Position numbers and translations under genes: made by a program. Below are positions 55,246-64,000 of a DNA stretch of 64,000 nt, piece after piece. The stretch lies in NCBI RefSeq assembly GCF_009914755.1, contig NC_060932.1. The stretch is one strand, 5' to 3'. Position 1 is the first letter of the stretch. Each line of letters begins with the position of its first letter. Below the pieces are notes generated by a model, which did not search any database, was not told the origin of the DNA, and saw nothing but the letters and a program-made list of their open reading frames with translations. This stretch comes from the human T2T-CHM13v2.0 reference genome, Homo sapiens.

Positions 55246-55541
55246 GGCCAAGCACGGTGGCTCATACCTGTAATCCCAGCACTTTCGGAGGCCAAGGTGA
55301 GCAGATCACCTGAGGTCAGGAGTTTGAGACTAACCTGACCAACATGGTAAAACCTGATCTCTACTAAATACAAAACAATTAGCCAGTCATGGTGACAGGT
55401 GCCTGTAATCCCAGCTACTTGGGAGGCTGAGGCAGGAGAATTACTTGAACCTGGGAGGCAGAGGTTGTGGTGAGCCAAGATTGCACCCATTTCACTCCAG
55501 CATGGGCAACAAGAGTTAAACTCTGTCTCAAAAACAAAAAC
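55246..55541 (+). mobile_element. Alu (AluSq/Sp-like) with a perfect 17-bp TSD
   Basis: AAAAAATAACCCTCATG at 55229-55245 and 55542-55558, at a TTT/AAAA L1-endonuclease-type site. Confidence 0.97.
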
Positions 55542-55719
55542 AAAAAATAACCCTCATGGCCAGCTCTGTGCGAAGGCGAGGCAACTGGCTGCAGCAGTAT
55601 GTTGTATGGGGCTTACTGTGGGAATGAACTTAGGAGGATGCCCAGCAACATAACCACCATAGGTGAGATGAGGAAGGGTAAGAATTTTCCAACATTCATG
55701 AACCATGGATGGGCAGAGT

Positions 55720-56085
55720 CAGGGCTCTGCATCCATCACTCCATCTCCTCTGCATGAGCATATGGGAAGACTGCACTTCCCAGCCTCCCTTGCAGCTAGG
55801 TTGGCACCATATAACAGATTCCAAGGGACCGTGGGCAGCAGAAATGGAAGATGCCTCTGGGTGTGGCTAAAATACCTCTCATCATGACTCAGCCCTCAGT
55901 GACCAGGGAGCCTGGAGCTCCAGGTGCCGGAGTTATATGTTGGAAGGGGATACAGCTTAGGGGAGAGCTATGGAGAAGAACCACTTCCTGCTCTGGCCTG
56001 TGCAGAGTGATAAATGGTGTGAATCATTAAGATGTGGAGGTTTATTTGTTACTGCAGCACAGCCTAGCTTTCCCTGATTAATACA
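55720..56085 (+). mobile_element. Ancient MaLR LTR (MLT1I/J-like)
   Basis: agactgcacttcccagcctcccttgcagctagg; ends tttgttactgcagcacagcctagctttccctgattaataca. Confidence 0.75.
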
Positions 56086-57074
56086 CATAGCCTCAAGGAC
56101 ATGGGTGAAGAAATGAAGACATTATCTGGGCAGAGGATCCCATTTATATCAGAAAAATGTAATCACTCTGCCAGACTCTCTTACTGTAGCTTAGCATCTG
56201 ACTCCTTCAGCCTTCAGGTCACTATTTTGATGTAGTGTCTTCGAGAATTCCTCCCTGAGGCTGCCTGCCTGATACACAGGGACTCTGTCCATCACCTGAG
56301 TCAGTAGCAGGTCTTCTTTAATTTTGCAGACGCTTTTTCAAATGTCATTGTACAGTTATTTATTCAAATATTGTTCATCTCTCTGGCTCCATCCTAGAAT
56401 GCAAGTGTCATGAACTCAGGGACTCTGCTTACCTCCTTCTTCCTCGTGCCCAGTGCAAGGCCAGCAACGAAGTCCACATGACAACTTGCCTGAAATTAGA
56501 CCTTGAACGAGAACTGCACAGAATGTTAGTTGTCATAGATATTTTAAATACACGCTTACATGCTTCTTAGGCTAATTGTTAATAAACTGCATATAGTTAT
56601 TCACATGTTGAAAAAATTCTGTTCTTTTGTGAAGTCTGCTGGATTAAAGTATGCATAGGTTACATGCAGCACAACGCACCCATTTTGAGCATCCATTTGC
56701 ATGATTTTTTGACAAGTGTATACACCTGTGTGACCAACACTGGCATCGTGATGAAGACCATTCCCATGAGCCCAGAAAATTCCCTCCTGCTGTCCCAGCC
56801 CATTTTCCCCTCCCCCAGCCGCAGGCAAAACCACTGCGGCTCCGCTCTCTCGCTATAGATCAGATTTGTGCTTTTAGAGACTTGCAATATTTGAATCCTA
56901 AAGGACACACTCTTTTGTGTCTGGATTCTCAAGCTCAGTATAATATTTTTGAGATTTATCCATGCTTTCTGTATACATGTATGTGTGTGTGTATATATAT
57001 CCGTAGTTACCTCGTTTTTATTGTTGAGTAGTACTGCCACAGTATGAATATACTACAATTTGTTTATCCATTGA

Positions 57075-58105
57075 TTGTTTTTCCATTTTAATGAGAGCTT
57101 TATTGAGACATAATTCACATACCATAAAATTTACTCATTTAAAATGTACAATTCAATGGTTTTAGTATATTCACAGAGTTCTGCAACCAAACCACTATCC
57201 AATTTTAGAAAATGTTCATCACTCCCAACAGAAACCCCACACCCATGAGCAGTAATCTCCATCTCCCCTCCCCACATGCCCTGGCAACCCTAATCTACTT
57301 TCTGTCTCTGCGAATTGGCCCATTCTGGGGAGTTTGTATGACAGAAATTTTACAGTATGTGGTATTTCGTGCCTGGCGTATTTCACTTAGCATAGTGTTT
57401 TCAGGGTTCATCTATTTTGTAGCACAGGTTGGTACTTCATATCTTTTTAAGGATAAAACGTATTTTGTTGTGTGGATTTACCACATTTTTTTTCTCCATT
57501 CATCAGTTGATGGACATTTCGGTTTTTTCTCCTTTTTGGCTTTTATGAATAGTGCTGCTGTGAACATATGTGTACAAGTTTTCATGCGAACATATTTTAA
57601 AGATTATCCTGACTCTCTACCTAGCATTAGAATGCTTGGGTCAAATAACCCTGTGTTTTGCTTTTTGAGGAACTGCCGAACCGTTTTCCAAGATGCTGCG
57701 TCATTTTATGTTCCCACTAGCAGTGGTTGCGGGGCCGGTTTCTCCACGAGCACGGCTGGTTTCTGCCGTCTTTGGATTCTAGCCGTCCTGGTGGGTGTGC
57801 AGTGCCTTCTCGCGGTTTTGGTTTGTGTTTCCCTGGTGCCTGGTGACACGGAGTTTCTTTCCATGTGCTTACTGGCCATTTGTAGATCACCTCTGAGGAA
57901 ATGTCTACTCAAATATTTTGTTCATTTTTAAATTGCTTTATTTGTCTTTTTTTGTTGAATTGTAAGAGTTTTCGTATATTCTGGTTACTAAACCCTAACA
58001 GATCCATGATTTGCAAAATTTTCTCGCATTCTGCATATATGTATATGCACGGAAGTTTAGAATTTTGATGAACTTCAACTTAGCTATTATTTCCTATGGT
58101 CACTT
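57075..58105 (-). mobile_element. L1MB-type 3' fragment nested in L1ME
   Basis: agctttattgagacataattcacataccataaaatttactcatttaaaatgtacaattcaatgg and taatctactttctgtctct. Confidence 0.85.
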
Positions 58106-58195
58106 GCATTCATTCACCTTTGATAAATAATTTGCATTGTTTCCAGTTTGGGGCTGTTATGGATAAGGCTGCTATGAACATTGAAGTATGGGGAG

Positions 58196-58320
58196 TTTTT
58201 TGTTTGGTTTGGTTTGGTTTTATTTAGAGACAGGGTCTTGCTGTGTCACCCAGGCTGGAGTGCAGTGGTGCAATCATAGTTCACTGCAGCCTCCAACTCT
58301 TGGGCTCAAGTGATCCTCTT
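58196..58320 (-). mobile_element. 5'-truncated AluJ/FLAM
   Basis: gagacagggtcttgctgtgtcacccaggctgg..tcttgggctcaagtgatcctc; TSD AAGTATGGG at 58184-58192 and 58324-58332. Confidence 0.9.
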
Positions 58321-58752
58321 GTAAAGTATGGGTTTTTATGTGGACATAATGTGTGCATTTATCTTTGGTGGATATCTAGGATTGAAAGTTCTGGATTGTT
58401 TGATAAGTGTAGTTTAACTTTTAAGAAGTTTCTATTTTTTTTTTCCAAAATGGTTATAGAATTTTACATTCTCACCAATAATGTGAGAGGCCCAGTTGTT
58501 CCACATCCTCACTGACACTTCATATCGTCAGCCTCTTTCACGTTGGCCATTCGACTGAGTATACACTGGTTTCCCGTTTTGGTTTTAATTCGCATTTTTC
58601 TAATGGATAGTGATGTTGAACATCTTTTCATAGGCTTAGCGGCCATTTGTATGTCATCATCTTCTTCTCTTTTTCTTTGCCAAGTGTTTATTCAATTATT
58701 TGGGCCATTTTTTCTTGGGCTGCTTACCTTCTTAAGCTTAAAAAGCATTATA

Positions 58753-58977
58753 GAGAACAGCCTGGGCAACATGGCAAAATCCCGTCTCTACAAAAGCTAC
58801 AAAACATAGCCAGACGTGGTGGTGCGTGCCTGTAGTTCCAGCTACTCAGGAGACTGAGGCGGGAAGATTGCTTGAGCCTGGATGCAGAGGTTGCAGTGAG
58901 CCAATGTTGTGCCGCTGCACTCCGGCCTGGGCAACAGAGCCAGACCCTGTCTCATAAATAAATAAATAAAAATAAAG
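58753..58977 (+). mobile_element. 5'-truncated AluJ
   Basis: cagcctgggcaacatggcaaaa..gattgcttgagcctgg..gaccctgtctc followed by (TAAA)n; TSD-like aaa(a/g)agcatta. Confidence 0.9.
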
Positions 58978-60437
58978 AGCATTACATACTCTGATTACAA
59001 GAGCTTTGCTAGATATGCTTATTATAAATATTTTCTCCTCTTCTCTGTCTTCCTTCTTCATTTTCTTAACAATGTCTTTCAAAGTACAACAGGTTTTAGT
59101 TTCTGCACAAATTGAAATCTAATTTGACCACATTTTCTTTTATAGTTTGTATGTATTTAGACCCTACTTAAGAAATCTTTGCTTATCTCCAGTTGGTAAA
59201 GATTTCATCTTATGATTTTGTTTGGAAGTTTTAGAGATTTAGATTTGTGATCCACAGCACTTGGTGGTGTGAGCCACCGAGCCCAGCCTATGACCCATTT
59301 CAAGTATATTTTTGTTAATGGCCTGAGGTTGGGGTCAAGGTTTATTTTTTCCTATCTATATACATTGCCAATTTTTCCAATACCACTTGTTGATGATTAT
59401 TCTTTTTCCATCGAATTACCTTGGCATCCTTGTAAGAATCAATTGAACATACATGTGTGGGTCTATTTTTAGATTTTCCACTGTGTTCAATCTAAATATC
59501 GATTCTTACACCAACACCATACTCTCTTGATTTCGTTTTATTCATACAAGGTGGTATGAATTTTTTTTCAAAATTGTCTGAAGTAATCTAAGTTCACTAA
59601 ACTTTCATGTAAATTTTAGAATCAGCTTGGTAATTTTTATAAAAAAAGAATATTTTTATTAAGATTGAATTGAATCTATAGATGAACTTCGGGAAAATTG
59701 CTGACCTAACAATACTGAGTCTTCCAGTTCTTAAGCATCACATAATTCTCCATTTATTGAGGACTTTTTAAATTTCCCTTAGTAATGTTTTGTTATTTTC
59801 AGTGTATATGTCTGGAACATATATTGTTAATTTTATTCCCATATAAGTGATGGTTTTAATGCTATTTTAATTGACATTGTTTTTAAAATGTTTTAATACT
59901 TTAATTAACGATTTATTGTCAGCATGTAGAAATACAGCTGGTTTTTGTGTAGTGCTTTTCTATCCTGTGGTTTTGCTAAGGTCGTTAACTAGTTTTAGAA
60001 AATTCTTAATGGATTCTTTTGGATTGTTTCTGTTCACAATCATGTCATTTGCAAATAAAAGCAGTTTATTTCTTCCCTCCTAATCTGTACAGTTTTATTC
60101 CTGTCTCTTGCCTTCTTAAGCTAGCTGGGACTTCCAGTACAAAATTGAATGGAAATGATGGGAGTGGGCATTCATTACCAATCTCAGAAGATGACATCAG
60201 CTGCAGGGTTTGCACTCATACCTTTCCTCAGATCCAGGAAATTGACTTCTGTTTCTAGTCTGTTCAGATTTTCTCTCATAAACTGATGCTTAACTTCATC
60301 AAATGCTTTTTCTGTATCTACAAATAAAATTGTATTTTTATTTTTTATTCTTATAATTCTAAGATAATTACATTAAGTAATTTTCTTACATTAACCTTTT
60401 TGTATGTTAACTCAAACGTACATTCCTGGAGGAGGCA

Positions 60438-63400
60438 AAGTGGTGAGAGTGAGCATCCTTGTCTTGTCCCAGTTCTCAGAGGGAATGCTTTCTACTTTTC
60501 CCCATTGAGTATTATGTTGGCTGTGAGTTTGTCACAGATGGCTTTTATTACTTTAAGGTATGTCCCTTGTATGCCGATTTTGCTGATAGTTTTAATCATA
60601 AAGGGATGCTGGACTTTGTTGAATGCTTTTTCTGTATCTGTTGAGATGATCAAGTGATTATTGTTTTTAATTATGTTTATGTGGTGTATCACATTTATTG
60701 ACTTGCGTATGTTAAACGATCCCTGCATACCTGGTATGAAACCCACTCGATCATGGTGGATTATCTTTTTTGATATATTGTTGGATTTGGTAAGCTAATA
60801 TTTTGTTAAGAATTTTAGCATCAATGTTCATCAAGGATATTGGTAATTTTTAAATTACCATTTCAATCTTGCTGCTTGTTATTGGCCTGTTCAGGGTATC
60901 TAATTCTTCCTGATTTAAGCTAGGAGGGTTGTACCAGGAATTTCTTGGTCTCTTCTAAGTTTTCTAGTTTATGTGCATAAAGGTGTTCATAGTAACCTGG
61001 AATGATCTTTTGTATTTCAGTGGTGTCAGTTGTAATATCTCCTGTTTCATTTCTTAGTGAGGTTATTTGGATTTTCTCTCTTCTTTTCTTGGTTGATCTT
61101 ACTAACGGTCTATCCATTTTATTTATCGTGTCAAAGAACCAACTTTTTGTGTCATTTATATTTTGTATTTTTTTTTGTTTCAATTTCACCTAGTTCTGTT
61201 CTGATCTTGGTACTTTCCTTCCTTCTGCTGGCTTTGGGTTTGGTTTGTTCTTGTTTCTCTAGTTCCTTGAGGTGTGACCTTGGAAGGTCAGTTTGTGCTC
61301 TTTCAGTCTCTTTGATGTAGGCGTTCAGGGCCATGAACTTTCCTCTTAGCATTGCCTTTGCTGTATCCCAGAGGTTTTGATACGTTGTGTCATTATTGGC
61401 ATTCAGTTTGCAGAATTTCTTTAATTTTCATCTTGATTTGGTTTTTGACCTAATGCTCATTCAGGAGCAGTTTATTTAATTTCCTTGTATTTGCATGGTT
61501 CCGAAGGTTCCTTTTGGAATTGATTTCCAGTTTTATTTCACTGTGGTCTGAGAGAGTGCTTGATATAATTTCAATTTTCTTAAATTCACTGAGGCTCGTT
61601 TTATGGCCTATCATCTGGTCTATCTTGGAGAAAGTTCCATGCGATGTTGAATAGAATGTGTATTCTGCGGTTTTTGGATGAAATATTCTGTATAATCTGT
61701 TAAGTCCTTTTGTTCCAAGGTATAGTTTAAATCTATTGTTTCTTTGTTGACTTTCTGTCTTGATGGACTATCTAGTGCTGTCAGTGGAGTACTGAAGTTC
61801 TCCACTATTATAGTGTTGCTGTTATCTCATTTATTAGGTCTATTAGTAATTGTTTTATAAATTTGAGAGCTCCAGTGTTAGGTTCATATATGTTTAGGAC
61901 TGTCGTATTTTCCTGTTGGACAAGGCCTTTTACCATTATATAATGCCCCTCTTTGTTTCTTTTAACTGCTGTTGCTTTAAACTTTGTTTTGTCTGTTATA
62001 AGAATAGCTATCCCTGCTGCTCACTTTTGGTGTCCATTTGCATGAAATGCCTTTTTCCACCCCTTTACTTTAAGTTTATGGGAGTCCTTATGTGTTAGGT
62101 CCTGTAGGCAACGGATAGTTGGTTGATGAGTTCTTACCCATTCTGCAATTCTGTATCTTTTCAGTGGAACATTTAGGCCATTTACATTCAATGTTAGTAT
62201 TGAAACGTGAGGTATCTTTGCATTCATCATGCTCTTTGTTGCCTGTGTACTTTGTTTTTTTTTTGGTTTTTGTTTTTGCTTTTTAGCATGTATTTTTGTT
62301 TTCTAGGGCCTGTGTGATGTATGCTTTGAAGAGGTTCTGCTTTGATGTGTTTCCAGGATTTGTTAAAAGATTTAGAGCTCCTTTCAGCAGTTGTTGTAGG
62401 GGTAGCTTGGTAATGGTGAATTCTCTCAGCATTTGTTTTTCTGAAAACGACTGTATCTTTCCTTCATATATGATGCTTAGTTTCACTGAATACAAATTTC
62501 CTGGCTGATAATTGTTTTGTTTGAGGAGGCTGAAGATAGGGCCCCAATTCCTCCTAGCTTGTAGAGTTTCTGTTGAGAAATCTGCTATTAATCTGATGGG
62601 TTTTCTCCTGTCTCACAGCTCTTAAGATTCTTTCCTTCACCTTAACTTTGGATAACTTGATGACAATGTGCCTAGGTTAAGATCTTTTTGCAATGAGTTT
62701 TCCAGGTGTTCTTTGTGCTTCTTGTATTTGAATGTCTAGGTCTCTAGCAAGGCCGGGGAAGTTTTCCTCGATTATTTCCCTGAATATGTTTTCCAAGCTT
62801 TTACAATTCTCTTCTTCCTCAGGAACACCAATTTTTCTTAGGTTTGGTTGTTTAACATAATCCTAGACTTCTTAGAAGCTTTGTTCTTATTTTCTTATTC
62901 TTTTTTCTTTGTCTTTGTTGGATTGGGTTAATTCAAAGACCTTGTCTTTGAGCTCTGAATTTCTTTATTCTACTTGTTCAAGTCTATTGCCGAGACTTTC
63001 CAGAGCGTTTCACATTTCTAAAAGTGCTTCCAAAGTTTCCTGAATTTTTGATGGTTTTTTCTTTGAGCTATCTATTTCCTTGAATATTTCTCCCTTCACT
63101 TCTTGTATTATTTTTTGGATTTCCTTGCATTGGGCTTCACCTTTCTCTGGTCCCTCCCTGATTAGCTTAATAATTAACCTCCTGAATTCTTTTTCAGGTA
63201 AATCAGGGATTTCTTCTTGGTTTGGAACCATTGCTGGTGAACTAGTGTGATTTGGGGAAGGTGTTGAGGAGCCTTGTTTTGTCATATTACCAGGGCTGGT
63301 TTTCTGGTTTCTTCTCCTTTGGGTAGGCTCTGTCTGAGGGAAGGTCTAGGGCTGAAGGCTGTTGTTCAGATTCTTTTGTCCCACGGGGTGTTCCCTTGAT

Positions 63401-63529
63401 GTAACACTCTCACCCTTTTCCTATGGATGTGGCTCCCTGTGAGCCGGACTGCAGTGATTGTTGTCTTTCTTCTGGGTCTAGCCACTCAGTGAGTCTACTC
63501 AGCTCCAGGCTGGTACTGGAGGTTGTCTG
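60438..63529 (-). mobile_element. L1PB-type LINE-1 internal fragment (end of 5'UTR, ORF1, ORF2 endonuclease to mid-RT); inactive
   Basis: ORF1 remnant MTKQGSSTP..NQEEIPDLPEKEFRRLIIKL (63010-63285); endonuclease SILTLNVNGLN.PLKRYR (62021-62230); [24 protein letters not shown] (60492-60746). Many frameshifts and stops. Confidence 0.92.
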
Positions 63530-64000
63530 TACCCTAGTCGTCTTTAAATGTGATTGATCTCTTCTAGCAGATTTTGTTTCTTTGAGTTTTCTGTTATTCT
63601 GCTTTCTCTTTCATTTAATTTCCCTTTTCTTATATTTTCCTATTCCCTTGGCTTATTTAAGATTTATCTTGTCCTTTTCCCCCGAGTTTCTTATTAAGGA
63701 AACTTAAGTTATTGATTTAAGATGTTTCATCTTACTAAAATAAGTATTTAATGCAATATACTTTCCTCTGAGCACTGATTTTGTTGTGTCCATAAATTTT
63801 GTAATATGGTTATTTTAGTTTTCGTTCAATTTAAAACACTCTTTTAAGCCCTATTATGATTTCTCCATTAGAAGTGTCATTTTAGCTTTTCAAATATTTG
63901 TGTCTTTTCTAGATATCTAGTTGTTACTTTGTTTTTAATGTACTTCTATTGTGGCCAGAGAACATACTCCGCATGAGTTCAGCAAAAAAAAAAAAAAAAA

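Larger units (their letters stand above)
56620..64000 (-). mobile_element. Old L1ME-type element, fragmented by younger insertions (segments ~56620-57070, 58105-60430, 63540-63980)
   Basis: L1ME 3' end (tttttgacaagtgtatacacctgtgtgacc), followed by collinear ORF2 antisense remnants (ttttagaatcagcttgg, gaatctatagat, tcatctgca-like, ttgtggccagagaacatactc). Confidence 0.8.

Noticed and set aside
57212-57931. 239-aa hydrophobic ORF
   Set aside because: Antisense reading of an L1MB 3' fragment.
63985-64000. Terminal poly(A) run
   Set aside because: Cut by the window edge and not preceded by a sense-strand SINE, LINE or retrocopy, so it cannot be assigned.

Overview
Primate (human or great-ape) genomic DNA with no credible protein-coding gene. 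The long ORFs in the track come from simple repeats, Alus or L1. The best landmark is a MER53-derived hairpin at 12368-12439 (-) that contains the exact mature miR-1302 sequence. It matches the 72-nt hsa-mir-1302-7 precursor as I recall it, which would place the window in the 8q24.3 gene-poor interval proximal to TSNARE1 (inference; confirm by BLAT). The first ~44 kb is GC-rich and dense in tandem repeats: large (TGG/TGA)n, (CCAT)n, (GATA)n and (CAT/CAC)n tracts plus 13-, 22-24-, 34- and 42-bp minisatellites. MaLR solo LTRs, MIR, L2 and old L1 fragments are scattered through it. The last ~20 kb is AT-richer and made mostly of nested L2/HAL1/L1ME/L1MB/L1PB and Alus. Items most worth follow-up: (1) a very degenerate but collinear ERVL-like gag-pro-pol relic on the minus strand at ~35.5-38 kb; (2) several non-repetitive motif-dense islands that look like conserved developmental enhancers, the best at 42.9-43.3 kb; (3) G-quadruplex-prone and nuclear-receptor-motif VNTRs; (4) an L1PB internal fragment with no poly(A) or TSD nested in an older L1; (5) two short dispersed duplications. 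I found no evidence for a new multi-gene biological system. Repeat subfamily names come from remembered consensus sequences and boundaries are approximate.
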